This document shows positions 50,361 through 59,689 of a DNA stretch of 64,000 nt, piece after piece (within the stretch, counting starts at the first letter, position 1; the number at the start of each line of letters is the position of its first letter). The notes under the pieces were generated by a model. The model ran no database searches and was not told the DNA's origin. It worked only from the letters and a program-made list of their open reading frames with translations. Position numbers and translations under genes: made by a program. The DNA comes from Nitrospiraceae bacterium (GTDB taxonomy: Bacteria > Nitrospirota > Nitrospiria > Nitrospirales > UBA2166): assembly GCA_002726235.1 (NCBI GenBank), contig PBSN01000008.1, positions 322,635 to 386,634 of the forward strand, in the 5' to 3' direction.

Positions 50361-51131
50361 TTATCCCACATTGGCAAACGTGACGAGTACACCGACAAAA
50401 CCAACAATTGTCAGATATGCTGCATGTTTGGCACGCCAGCCCATCAGAAGACGGCCAAGCAACACAATGAGATAAAAAAGCCAGGTCAAAGCGGTAGAGA
50501 TTTGCTTCGGATCCCAGTTCCACACGAAATTTTCCCACACTGCACCTGCCACAATACCTAGTGTGAGTAGCGGGAATCCAAGGAAAATTGATTTCCGGTT
50601 AAGGTCATCAAGAAAGTCCAAAGGGGGAAGCTTATGATACATTGGGGTAAATTGCCTTGATTTCAAAAGACGTTCTTGGAGGAGATACATGATGCCTGCA
50701 ACAAATGCTAAAGCGAAAGCAACAGTGCCTGAGACGATCATGCCCACATGCAGCCAGATAATATTCGAAAGAACAGGTTCGAGCACTTGAAGATCCTGTT
50801 TGACGGTCGCAGCGAAAATTAATGCAAGGACTGCGAGAGGAAGCACAAACGACCCAAGGACAGGGATGCGATTGGCGTATTCGACAATCAAAAAAGTGAG
50901 AATCAGACCCCATGCAAAAAAGACCATGACATCGAAGAACCTGCTCAGTGCAACATGGTCAGTTCCAAACAAAAGGGTATGGAGAGTGGCTGAATGAAGA
51001 ACAAACCCAAAAGCCGTCATACCAACCGCAAGACTTGACAGAATTTCGGTGCGAACGGCAAGGGAGGTCACAAAAAGCCCTGCACCGAAAAAATATACGA
51101 TGAGTGTCAACTCAAAATACGGGATGGTCAT
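50361..51131 (-). CDS. Cytochrome c assembly family membrane protein (CcsA/HemX-like) leading the hem operon
   Basis: 256 aa, about 8 TM segments, with a Trp-rich region WENFVWNWDPKQ. It occupies the position that hemX holds in hemAXCDB-type operons. Confidence 0.7.
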   Translation of the reverse strand: MTIPYFELTLIVYFFGAGLFVTSLAVRTEILSSLAVGMTAFGFVLHSATLHTLLFGTDHVALSRFFDVMVFFAWGLILTFLIVEYANRIPVLGSFVLPLAVLALIFAATVKQDLQVLEPVLSNIIWLHVGMIVSGTVAFALAFVAGIMYLLQERLLKSRQFTPMYHKLPPLDFLDDLNRKSIFLGFPLLTLGIVAGAVWENFVWNWDPKQISTALTWLFYLIVLLGRLLMGWRAKHAAYLTIVGFVGVLVTFANVG

Positions 51132-51347
51132 TGCCTCTCTTTGGCCAATTTGCCCCTGTGCTCAGGATCGCTAAACATGCGTAGAAAGGGCTGAATAGTA
51201 CCATATTCGTATGTTTTGCCTCAACATGCGGGTGGTAGTCCATGCGGATGGAGCGAGCATTCCTTTCCGCAACATTTGTGGTATAACCTCCGACGTTGTT
51301 CAGAGCAAGGAACACTGCCTGAACTGTTGTGCGAGAAAGGAACACTG

Positions 51348-51968
51348 ATGAAACAACCCGTTATCGTGTGTCTTGATCTTGAAGGGGTCCTGATACCTGA
51401 AGTTTGGCTTTCTCTTGCCGAGGCCACGCAAATCGATGACCTACGGCTCACAACCAGAGATATCTCCGACTATGACGTCCTGATGAAAAAGAGATTGAAG
51501 ATCCTAGACGAACATTCGTTACGTTTGCAAGACATTCACGCTGCTGTTGCTACACTGAATCCGCTTGAAGGGTCAAGTGAATTTCTGAAGGCGTTACGCG
51601 CAACCTACCAAGTGGTGATCCTGTCTGACACCTTCTATGAAGTTATTGCACCCTTGATGAAGAAACTCAACTACCCAACGTTGTTTAGTCATTCCCTTGA
51701 GGTTGATCCCAATGGCCGAATTTGCCAATATCACCTACGTCAATCTGATCAGAAGCGAAAAGCGGTGATGGCGTTCAAGGGACTGAATTTTCGCGTATTG
51801 GCGGCCGGAGATTCCTATAATGATACGACCATGTTGCAATCCGCGGATGTGGGAATTTTCTTTCGGCCACCTGCCTCTATCGTTCAGGAATTTCCTCATT
51901 TTTCCGTAACACAGACCTACGCCGAATTACGTGCACAGCTGGATAAGGCTGCCTCTCCTCCTCAATGA
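51348..51968 (+). CDS. thrH: HAD-family phosphoserine phosphatase / homoserine phosphotransferase (ThrH-like)
   Basis: MKQPVIVCLDLEGVL (DxD-like nucleophile motif) and C-terminal GDSYNDTTML. The ATG at 51348 is preferred over the ORF-track start at 51216. Confidence 0.7.
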   Translation: MKQPVIVCLDLEGVLIPEVWLSLAEATQIDDLRLTTRDISDYDVLMKKRLKILDEHSLRLQDIHAAVATLNPLEGSSEFLKALRATYQVVILSDTFYEVIAPLMKKLNYPTLFSHSLEVDPNGRICQYHLRQSDQKRKAVMAFKGLNFRVLAAGDSYNDTTMLQSADVGIFFRPPASIVQEFPHFSVTQTYAELRAQLDKAASPPQ

Positions 51969-52771
51969 GCACTCCCATTGCCTTGAGCATTGCCGGCTCG
52001 GATAGTAGCGGAGGAGCGGGCATTCAGGCGGATCTGAAAACCTTCGCTGCGCTGGGTGTCTATGGAGCATCTGTGATCACGGCTCTGACGGCACAGAACA
52101 CGAGAGAGGTACGTGAAATTTACGATCTGCCCGCGTCGTTTGTCCGCATCCAAATGGAGACGGTTTTTGCCGATCTTGCTATTCGAAGCGTCAAGACCGG
52201 GATGTTGAGCCAGCCAGAGGTCATTGTCACTGTTGCTGACTATTTTCGATCCTATCCCGCATTGCCCATCGTGGTCGATCCGGTCATGGTGTCCAAAAGT
52301 GGGAAGACCCTACTGTCACCCAAGGCCATAGACATGCTCAAGACTCAGTTAATTCCACTCTCAGCCGTAATTACCCCCAACATTCCAGAAGCGGCAATAT
52401 TACTTGATATCGCAACCGACGATGTCGAGAAGCAGAGAGACGCGGCGTGCAAGCAACTCTTCGATTTAGGATCAAAGGCAGTGGTACTCAAGGGAGGGCA
52501 TGGAAAAGGTTCTCTGAGTGAAGATCTATTTTACGATGGCCAATCCGTGACTCCGTTGCCAGGACCACGAATCACAACGACAAATACCCATGGGACTGGA
52601 TGCACCTTTGCTTCCGCTATCGCCGCACATCTTGCACATGGAGTCTCCCCACTCTCCGCTTCACGATTCGCAAAAGAATACATTACAGGGGCCATTGCCG
52701 CAGCAGGATCCCTCGAAGTAGGCCACGGTCATGGTCCGGTACATCATTTTTTTCAGCAGAAAAGACGATGA
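51965..52771 (+). CDS. thiD: Hydroxymethylpyrimidine/phosphomethylpyrimidine kinase
   Basis: IAGSDSSGGAGIQADLKT and GTGCTFASAIAA motifs. ATGA overlap with thrH. Confidence 0.9.
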   Translation: MSTPIALSIAGSDSSGGAGIQADLKTFAALGVYGASVITALTAQNTREVREIYDLPASFVRIQMETVFADLAIRSVKTGMLSQPEVIVTVADYFRSYPALPIVVDPVMVSKSGKTLLSPKAIDMLKTQLIPLSAVITPNIPEAAILLDIATDDVEKQRDAACKQLFDLGSKAVVLKGGHGKGSLSEDLFYDGQSVTPLPGPRITTTNTHGTGCTFASAIAAHLAHGVSPLSASRFAKEYITGAIAAAGSLEVGHGHGPVHHFFQQKRR

Positions 52772-52785
52772 GGCTATCGTTCTAG

Positions 52786-52810
52786 GTTTTTCGTCAGAAA
52801 AACGTTTCTG
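52786..52810 (+). terminator. Weak hairpin plus U-tract after thiD
   Basis: GTTTTTC-gtca-GAAAAAC (7-bp AT-rich stem) followed by gtttct. Confidence 0.25.
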
Positions 52811-53152
52811 TAGAAGGCTACACCCGACAATTCTTCGCACTGGCCACAAAGCAAACCATTTCCCTATGGTCACACGGCTTCCACGTGTTGCCAATCTCCG
52901 TACACAGCACCGTGAAATCCCTCCCGTCCGTCGGTTCTACGAAGCTTAGACCACCGAAAGCGCAGAGCGAGAATTCAGAATGAACTCCAGACTCTGGTCT
53001 AGGGTCAACCGGTATGACAATGACTGTTTTCCCTGTCATGAAAACCAGAGAAATCCTTCACCCTCCGCCTTAATTCTTGCATCACTCCCAGTGAAGGTCG
53101 GAAGATCTCCCGACTCAATAAAACCAAGATGTGGTCCACATCAGCACACTAA

Positions 53153-53974
53153 TTATGATGTGATGGGAGAAGACAAACTGGCATCGAGCAGTTCGGACAC
53201 TTTTCTGCTTATATTCTGAGCCTTCAACAGCGCTTCGCCAACTAGCATTGCATGGATTCCTACCTCCGCAAGACGCTCAACATCAATTCGAGATGAGATC
53301 CCACTTTCGCTTACAATGGTCATGTTGTTTCGCAACTCGGAGGAAATGCAGTTGACCAATCGAAACGTCGTCGCCAAATCTGTTGTGAGGGTGGTAAGAT
53401 CTCGATTGTTGATGCCAAGTAGTTGGATATCTGGCATGGCATCAGTCGCAATTGCAAGTTCCCCTTCGGTATGAATCTCAACCAATACATCAAGGCCAAG
53501 CTCCTGCGCAAGATGCGAATATTCAATCAATTGAGAGCGTTCGAGAATCGCCACAATGAGGAGGACAGCATCGGCCCGATACGCTCTAGCTTCATAAAAC
53601 TGGATTTCATCTACCATGAATTCCTTGTTCAGAACGGGCAACGCTACCGCCTTGCCGACTGTAGCCATGATATCCAGACTGCCGTGGAAGTAACGTTGAT
53701 CCGTCAAAACGGACAAGGCAGACGCACCAGCGCTTTTGTATGCATTGGCAATAGCAAGCGGGTCAAATGGATCACGAAGAACACCACCGCTGGGTGATTG
53801 TTTTTTGACTTCGGCGATAAGACGCGGACATTCGCCTTGAGTGCCATGGAGGGCTTTTGCGAAGCCAACTGCGAATGGGGTGTCGGCAATAATTCTTTGA
53901 AGATTTAATTTATGCGACGACGACTTGCGGTCATTTACCTCATCTCGTTTACAAGCAACAATTTCTCGCAGCAT
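53153..53974 (-). CDS. trpC: Indole-3-glycerol phosphate synthase
   Basis: IAEVKKQSPSGG, LSVLTD and NNRDL motifs. 273 aa. Confidence 0.9.
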   Translation of the reverse strand: MLREIVACKRDEVNDRKSSSHKLNLQRIIADTPFAVGFAKALHGTQGECPRLIAEVKKQSPSGGVLRDPFDPLAIANAYKSAGASALSVLTDQRYFHGSLDIMATVGKAVALPVLNKEFMVDEIQFYEARAYRADAVLLIVAILERSQLIEYSHLAQELGLDVLVEIHTEGELAIATDAMPDIQLLGINNRDLTTLTTDLATTFRLVNCISSELRNNMTIVSESGISSRIDVERLAEVGIHAMLVGEALLKAQNISRKVSELLDASLSSPITS

Positions 53975-53983
53975 AGGTATTCG

Positions 53984-55009
53984 TTAGCTTAAAGGCTTTA
54001 CAGACTGTGATATCGACACGAGTTGATCCAGCTTTGCTTTTGCCTTTCCGCTATCAATCGAGTTCCGAGCCTCGGCAAGCCCTTCAGCCAACGTCTGAGC
54101 TCTACCCGCGGCAACAATAGCTGGAGCGGCATTAAGTAGCACAATATCTCGGCACGGACCCGGGTGTCCTTCCATGATTTGAGTGAGGATAGTGGCGTTT
54201 TCATTCGCGTCGCCGCCCTTCAATTCGACCGACGTGCAGCGCGAAAACCCAAAGTCCTCCGGCTCAATAAAGTAGTTTTCGATCATACCGTTTTTGCCCT
54301 CGGAGATCTTGGAGCGGTTTGTCAGTGTAATCTCGTCAAGCCCGTCCATCCCATGAACAACAAAACTATGTTTACTTCCTAAACGGAGCAGGGCGTTGGC
54401 CATCAGTTCAGTTAAAGCTTCATCATAGACACCCAAGACTTGGCTGGTCGCGCGCGCTGGATTCGTCAACGGACCCAGAATGTTAAAGGTGGTCCTAATG
54501 CCAAGTTCCTTCCGTGGACCCGCGACCTTTGCCATCGCCGCGTGAAATATCGGCGCAAACAGAAATCCAATGCCCGTTTGGTTGATGCAGGTTTCGACGT
54601 CGGCAGGTGACAAATCAATGCACACACCAAGTTGCTTGAGAACATCTGCACTCCCCGATCGCGAAGAGACTGCACGATTTCCGTGTTTCGCCACTGTAAT
54701 TCCCACGCCGGCTACAACAAACGCGACGGTTGTTGAGATGTTAAATGTTTGTGCACCATCCCCACCGGTTCCACAGGTGTCAACCACAGAGGAGGCATCG
54801 ATATTGATATGGGCTGCACGTTTCCGCATCGCCCGTGCTGAACCGCAGACTTCAGATAACGTTTCACCCTTCATGCGAAGGGCAGTTGCGTATGAGGCAA
54901 TCTGTGCATCGGTAGCTTGGCCGTCCATGATTTCAGACATTATGGTCTCGGCTTGCTCCTCAGTAAGGTCAGTCCCGTCGACTAGTATTCCGATCGCTTC
55001 TCGAATCAC
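53984..55009 (-). CDS. trpD: Anthranilate phosphoribosyltransferase
   Basis: DTCGTGGDG motif. 341 aa. Confidence 0.92.
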   Translation of the reverse strand: MIREAIGILVDGTDLTEEQAETIMSEIMDGQATDAQIASYATALRMKGETLSEVCGSARAMRKRAAHINIDASSVVDTCGTGGDGAQTFNISTTVAFVVAGVGITVAKHGNRAVSSRSGSADVLKQLGVCIDLSPADVETCINQTGIGFLFAPIFHAAMAKVAGPRKELGIRTTFNILGPLTNPARATSQVLGVYDEALTELMANALLRLGSKHSFVVHGMDGLDEITLTNRSKISEGKNGMIENYFIEPEDFGFSRCTSVELKGGDANENATILTQIMEGHPGPCRDIVLLNAAPAIVAAGRAQTLAEGLAEARNSIDSGKAKAKLDQLVSISQSVKPLS

Positions 55010-55587
55010 AATTCTCTTCCGCAGACGAAGTTTCGTAGCAGATCCATACCCGTTCGCGTCAAAATTGATTCAGGATGGAACTGCACACCTTCGATTGGTA
55101 GTTCCCGATGACGCATTCCCATGATTTCACCCTCAGCCGTTTCCGCGGTCAGTTCGAGACAGGCAGGGAGAGTGTCACGGTCGACGATGAGAGAATGGTA
55201 TCGCGTGGCTTCAAAGGGATTAGGAAGCTTAGCAAAAATTGCCTTGCCATCATGCAAAATCATCGAGGTTTTCCCATGCATTAGTCGTTCTGCACGCTTG
55301 ATCTTGGCCCCAAATGCTACGGCCATAGCTTGATGCCCAAGACACACCCCGAGAAGTGGCACTGCAGGAGTTTTTTGTGAAAAATGTTGAATGAGGCGAA
55401 TCGAAATGCCGGCATTCTCAGGGACTCCTGGTCCTGGGGAAATCACCACATGATCTGGATGCAGCGCATCAATCTCACCTACCGTAACTTTGTCATTCCG
55501 AAACACTTGAATCTCTTCCCCTATTTCACCCAAGTATTGGACTAGGTTGTAGGTAAACGAATCATAGTTGTCGAGCATTACTAACAT
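55006..55587 (-). CDS. trpG: Anthranilate synthase component II (glutamine amidotransferase)
   Basis: GVCLGHQ catalytic Cys and the HPES motif. 4-nt overlap with trpD. Confidence 0.92.
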   Translation of the reverse strand: MLVMLDNYDSFTYNLVQYLGEIGEEIQVFRNDKVTVGEIDALHPDHVVISPGPGVPENAGISIRLIQHFSQKTPAVPLLGVCLGHQAMAVAFGAKIKRAERLMHGKTSMILHDGKAIFAKLPNPFEATRYHSLIVDRDTLPACLELTAETAEGEIMGMRHRELPIEGVQFHPESILTRTGMDLLRNFVCGREL

Positions 55588-55597
55588 CGCTATCAGT

Positions 55598-57109
55598 TCA
55601 CTCTAATCCATATTCAGCCATTTCGATTGCAGCCATCATAGCCTTAGCTTTCGAACGCGTTTCCTCGAATTCTCTCGTCGGATCGGAATCCGCCACAATT
55701 CCAGCTCCGGCCTGAATGTAAGCACGGTTTCCTTTTACAACGATCGTTCGAATACCAATACAAGTGTCGGCATTGCCTGAAAATCCGACATAACCAACCG
55801 TGCCAGCATAGGAACCTCGGCAGGTAGGTTCCAGCTCTTCAATAATCTGCATCGCTCTTATTTTTGGAGCTCCGGATACCGTCCCAGCAGGAAAACATGC
55901 CTTGATGACATCAAACGCATCATGGCCTTCTCGCAAAACTCCTTCAACCCGAGAGACAAGATGCATCACGTGCGAATAATATTCAACGATCATAAAATCG
56001 CTCACGTGCACTGTGCCATAGCGAGCTACGCGGCCCACATCATTCCGTCCAAGATCGACAAGCATGACGTGTTCGGCGCGTTCTTTCTCATCCGCTCGGA
56101 GTTCTTCTTCCAATCGGTGGTCTTCGTCGGCGGTTTCTCCACGACGCCGAGTTCCTGCAATTGGCCGCACTTCAATCCGACCCTCTTCGCATCGCACTAG
56201 AACCTCTGGAGAAGAACCGATGAGAGCCATATCATCAATTCGTAAATAGTATAGATACGGAGAAGGATTGGTCAAACGAAGGGCACGATAGATGTTAAAA
56301 GGCGTTGCAGTAATTTCTGTTTCCCATCGTTGAGAGAGTACCGCCTGGACGATATCGCCAGCACAAATGTATTCCTTGGTCGCGAGAACCATCTTTTCAA
56401 AGTCGCCTTGGCTGAGGTTCGACTGAAAGGTCACGCACTTCGGCGATCTTGGTTGAGGGGAGTCGTCCGGGCGCGACTTTCTGAGACGGTCAACCATAGC
56501 AGCAATGCGCTCAAGAGCCGCTGAATAAGCGTGTGATAGGTCTTTTCCAGTTGTATGCACACAGGAGACGACTTTAATTGTCTTTGCGACGTTGTCGAAA
56601 ATAAGCACCATATCGGTGAGGAGAAACACAAACGGCAACTGGTCAAGTCGGGACTTTTCTCTTTCCGGAATCTCGTCAAGCTGATGTGCCACATCATAGG
56701 AAAGGTATCCGACGGCTCCGCCATAAAACCGTGGAAGCCCCTTAATGGAGACCGGATGATACTGGCGCATCACGGACCGAAGCGCTTCGAGTGGGGTGGA
56801 GCCCGCAGGATAAGGCGTTACGGTGTCACCTTTCAGCACGTGTATGCCAAGGTGATCACCCTTTAAGACAAGAAATGCTCCGACTCCCAGAAACGAATAG
56901 CGCGCCCATTGCTCACCTCCTTCGACGCTTTCGAGGAGGTACGCGTACGCACCATCATCGATCTTGGCCATGGCCGAGACAGGTGTTTCCATATCAGCCA
57001 AAATTTCTCGATAAACGGGAATGATATTCCCTTCCCGCGCAAGAGACGTGAATGTGTCCAGATCTGGAAAATACTGCGACCGACGAAACCGATCAGCGTG
57101 CGGAGTCAT
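55598..57109 (-). CDS. trpE: Anthranilate synthase component I
   Basis: 503 aa chorismate-binding enzyme with LESVEGGE and GAPKIRAM motifs. Confidence 0.92.
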   Translation of the reverse strand: MTPHADRFRRSQYFPDLDTFTSLAREGNIIPVYREILADMETPVSAMAKIDDGAYAYLLESVEGGEQWARYSFLGVGAFLVLKGDHLGIHVLKGDTVTPYPAGSTPLEALRSVMRQYHPVSIKGLPRFYGGAVGYLSYDVAHQLDEIPEREKSRLDQLPFVFLLTDMVLIFDNVAKTIKVVSCVHTTGKDLSHAYSAALERIAAMVDRLRKSRPDDSPQPRSPKCVTFQSNLSQGDFEKMVLATKEYICAGDIVQAVLSQRWETEITATPFNIYRALRLTNPSPYLYYLRIDDMALIGSSPEVLVRCEEGRIEVRPIAGTRRRGETADEDHRLEEELRADEKERAEHVMLVDLGRNDVGRVARYGTVHVSDFMIVEYYSHVMHLVSRVEGVLREGHDAFDVIKACFPAGTVSGAPKIRAMQIIEELEPTCRGSYAGTVGYVGFSGNADTCIGIRTIVVKGNRAYIQAGAGIVADSDPTREFEETRSKAKAMMAAIEMAEYGLE

Positions 57110-57124
57110 ACGGTAAAACTAAAG

Positions 57125-57568
57125 TCACGAGTCGTCGAGATCTTCACCTAGATCTCGATCATGGAGTGAACTGCCGTCCGTTTCCCCTTCGAGACGTTCT
57201 TCAAGATCAAGGAGGTGTGCGCGAAGTGAATCAATCTTCTCATCCAAGCGTCGAAGACGGGCCTCAAATTTCCGCTCCATAGTCTTCACTCGCACGTCTC
57301 CGTCATCAGGTTTCGCTTTGCGATTTTCGGCGGACTCAGTTTGTAGCGCCACAACCTGTTTTTCAATACGTTGGAGCTGTACGGACACAACATCCAATGA
57401 TTTGTCTTTAAGCGGGAGACGTGTTCGCTGCAGAGTTTTCGATGTGATTCGCTTCTTGGGTATTTGTTTAGGTTTAACAGGGCGCCGTGCAACTTTCTTC
57501 TGTGGCACCTTTTTCGTCGTCCGTATGGGTTTTTTCTTTCCCGCCTGCTTTCTTTTGGTCTGAGCCAT
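57125..57568 (-). CDS. Hypothetical protein with a Lys/Arg/Pro-rich N-terminus, central coiled coil and acidic tail
   Basis: Strong Shine-Dalgarno GGAGGAG 5-7 nt before the ATG. The stop is 15 nt before trpE on the same strand. 147 aa: residues 1-55 are highly basic, 60-125 are heptad-like, and the C-terminus reads DRDLGEDLDDS. Confidence 0.65.
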   Translation of the reverse strand: MAQTKRKQAGKKKPIRTTKKVPQKKVARRPVKPKQIPKKRITSKTLQRTRLPLKDKSLDVVSVQLQRIEKQVVALQTESAENRKAKPDDGDVRVKTMERKFEARLRRLDEKIDSLRAHLLDLEERLEGETDGSSLHDRDLGEDLDDS

Positions 57569-57845
57569 GCTATCTCCTCCGCTACAAAATTACGCTGTGC
57601 GTCCTTCTGGGTTCACCACGCAACCCTGATCCTCAAAACTGACGTATCTCTAGATCCAACTACTGAGCTAATCTAATACCCGAATTCCCGAAATTTCTCC
57701 AGAATAAAGCAGGAGCGAGTCAATGTGAGACCTTCTGCTCCGAGCCAAATTACCACCAAGATGGTTCCGAAGAAGTACCACCACAGCACCCAGACCCTTG
57801 AGAAGCAGCAATAAAGGCTTTTCGTAGGTGAACGCTATTTGATGA

Positions 57846-58103
57846 AAGATTCTCCTCGGAAATAGTGCCGTTTTTACTGTCGCGCTCGTAGCATTCAAGA
57901 GAATGGCTCTGAAATATTCTCGGGCATTCGCGTCAAGAGCTGATAATATTGGCGAACATCCTAGCTTGAGACGGCACACCGACTGCTGGAAAGCAGACGT
58001 GCAGATGGGTGTCGACCAAGCCAAATGGCTTCAAACCAATCGCGTTGAGTCGCTTTTTGGCCAAATACCCGAGACGTCGAGATTGCTACAATCCTACGGT
58101 TGA
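57846..58103 (+). pseudogene. Possible relic of an IS5-family (IS427/IS1031-like) transposase C-terminus
   Basis: The translation ...KWLQTNRVESLFGQIPETSRLLQSYG resembles the conserved (Y)RxRNxVERFFxxIKxFRRIATRYDK tail. The upstream ALKYSRAF is similar to ADKGYDS. No intact ORF or inverted repeats were identified. Judged from memory of the family only. Confidence 0.3.
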
Positions 58104-58418
58104 CCACCCTATGCACACCGTCGGTGCGCTTCAACAGGTCGACGGCTACTACAACAGCCATGCTGGCTTGCGCCATATTCGAAGAAGAATCAAGACAAGT
58201 TTGGTTTCGAAATGGACTCCAAGTCATGGCGGACCAAGCGCTCATGTAGCCGCTCATCCTCTGGCTAAGAATAAATCCATTTGGCAAAACGTGTGGCATG
58301 ACCGGTTGATCTCTGTGACATGTTCGAGGTTCTCCACTCTCCCTGCGTTCAATGCGCTGATACTATTACAGCTTCATAGAGACTGTCAAAAGGTGACAAA
58401 ATAGTCTAACTGCCCTTC

Positions 58419-58455
58419 TTGATAAGCCTTTACGTTTTTTGATAATCCTTTACGT
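58419..58455. repeat. Tandem direct repeat, 17 nt with a 20-bp period (ttgataaKcctttacgt x2), spanning the stop codon of the gamma-CA-like gene
   Basis: Copies at 58419-58435 and 58439-58455, 16/17 identical. Confidence 0.85.
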
Positions 58456-58939
58456 ATGAGAGGTAGTTATTGGCCGATGTTTTTATCCACTGTAACTCGT
58501 CGTCAGTCAGTTGTCGTTTTGGTCGTGCTGGAGAACCAACCATGAGAGTGTTCGGTGGAACGATGGTTCGTTCTAGTACTAGCGCCCCTGCCGCAATGAT
58601 GCAGTCCTCCCCTATCTTTGCGCCATCCATGAGGATGGCGCCCATACCAATCAAGCAACGGTTGGCAATCGCACAGCCATGCAGAACCACGTTGTGTCCA
58701 ACGGTGACGTCGTTGCCAATGAGTAGCGGGTAGAGTTCCTTCGTGACGTGCAGCATGCAAAGATCTTGAATATTAGTCCTATCCCCAATGCGAATATAAT
58801 GTACATCTCCTCGAATGACCGTATGGAACCAGACATTAGTCAATTCTCCGATGACCACATCTCCGATAATGGTAGCTGATTCTTCAATAAAGGCTCTTTT
58901 ATGTATGGTCGGAGTGATTCCTTTAAACGACTTGATCAT
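58430..58939 (-). CDS. Gamma-carbonic-anhydrase-like / hexapeptide-repeat (LbH) protein, YrdA/PaaY family
   Basis: 169 aa left-handed beta-helix with hexapeptide periodicity and the His triad context (HTVIRGD...MLHV...VVLHGC). Confidence 0.82.
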   Translation of the reverse strand: MIKSFKGITPTIHKRAFIEESATIIGDVVIGELTNVWFHTVIRGDVHYIRIGDRTNIQDLCMLHVTKELYPLLIGNDVTVGHNVVLHGCAIANRCLIGMGAILMDGAKIGEDCIIAAGALVLERTIVPPNTLMVGSPARPKRQLTDDELQWIKTSANNYLSYVKDYQKT

Positions 58940-58996
58940 CTCACCTCCTTAGGCATGAACCCTATGTTACAATCGACGCCAAGTAGGGAACAAATA

Positions 58997-59683
58997 ATGC
59001 TACAGGCGATTATCTTTGATTTCGATGGCGTCATCGCGAATAGTGAGCCGCTACATTATGCCGCTTTTCGACATGTGCTTGCCAAAGAGAGCATTCTGCT
59101 TACCGAGTCTCAGTATTATACCGATTACATCGGTATGGATGATAAAGGCTGTTTTGCTGCGCTTCTTACTCGCCACCATCGCACTCTCTCACCCGATGTC
59201 ATCACCGATCTGATTCGGAAGAAATCAACCTACTTCCACGAGCATATCACGCAGAGCCTTTGCCTGTTTGACGGTGTCGTCGACTTCATATCTATGCTCA
59301 CAAAGCGATGGCCATTGGCTATTGTTTCCGGTGCCTTACGAAACGAAATTGAGGTGATTCTCGGAGAAGCAGGACTCCGTGATGCCTTTCTCAGCATCAT
59401 CAGCGCAGAAGATGTAAATGAGGGAAAACCTAACCCCGAGGGATTTCTCAAAGGCTTGGACGCCTTAAATCGATCAGAGATGCAGTCCATCGTGCAACCG
59501 GCAAATTGCCTAGTTATCGAGGATTCGGTCCCAGGCGTCGATGGAGCGCAGGCAGCTGGAATGCGATGTCTCGCGGTGTCCAATACCTATCCACCTGAAC
59601 ATTTTGCACAGGCTGATGCTGTAACCGATTCCTTAGCGGAATACGACATCGATGCACTTGAGCGCAAACTCTGGAATACTTGA
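58997..59683 (+). CDS. HAD-superfamily hydrolase (beta-phosphoglucomutase/phosphatase-like, subfamily IA)
   Basis: MLQAIIFDFDGVIANSE nucleophile motif, IVSGA, and EDSVPGVDGAQAAGM. The ATG at 58997 is preferred over 58901. Confidence 0.8.
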   Translation: MLQAIIFDFDGVIANSEPLHYAAFRHVLAKESILLTESQYYTDYIGMDDKGCFAALLTRHHRTLSPDVITDLIRKKSTYFHEHITQSLCLFDGVVDFISMLTKRWPLAIVSGALRNEIEVILGEAGLRDAFLSIISAEDVNEGKPNPEGFLKGLDALNRSEMQSIVQPANCLVIEDSVPGVDGAQAAGMRCLAVSNTYPPEHFAQADAVTDSLAEYDIDALERKLWNT

Positions 59684-59689
59684 GACAGC

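Noticed and set aside
51132-51347. Searched leaders of thrH-thiD, queE (20116-20271), ribF, bioA and the hem operon for TPP, preQ1, FMN and other riboswitch cores. Also searched all gaps for tmRNA, RNase P, SRP RNA, CRISPR repeats and additional tRNAs.
   Set aside because: No conserved cores (for example the CUGAGA/ACCUGA of TPP, or GGAAAGUCCGG of RNase P) and no repeat-spacer periodicity were seen by eye. A covariance-model scan is needed for certainty.
57668-58299. Minus-strand ORFs 57668..58024 (118 aa) and 57961..58299 (112 aa) as a frameshifted real gene.
   Set aside because: No recognisable motifs or Shine-Dalgarno, and they are antisense to the segment with transposase-like similarity. 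Kept only as part of the decayed-region finding.
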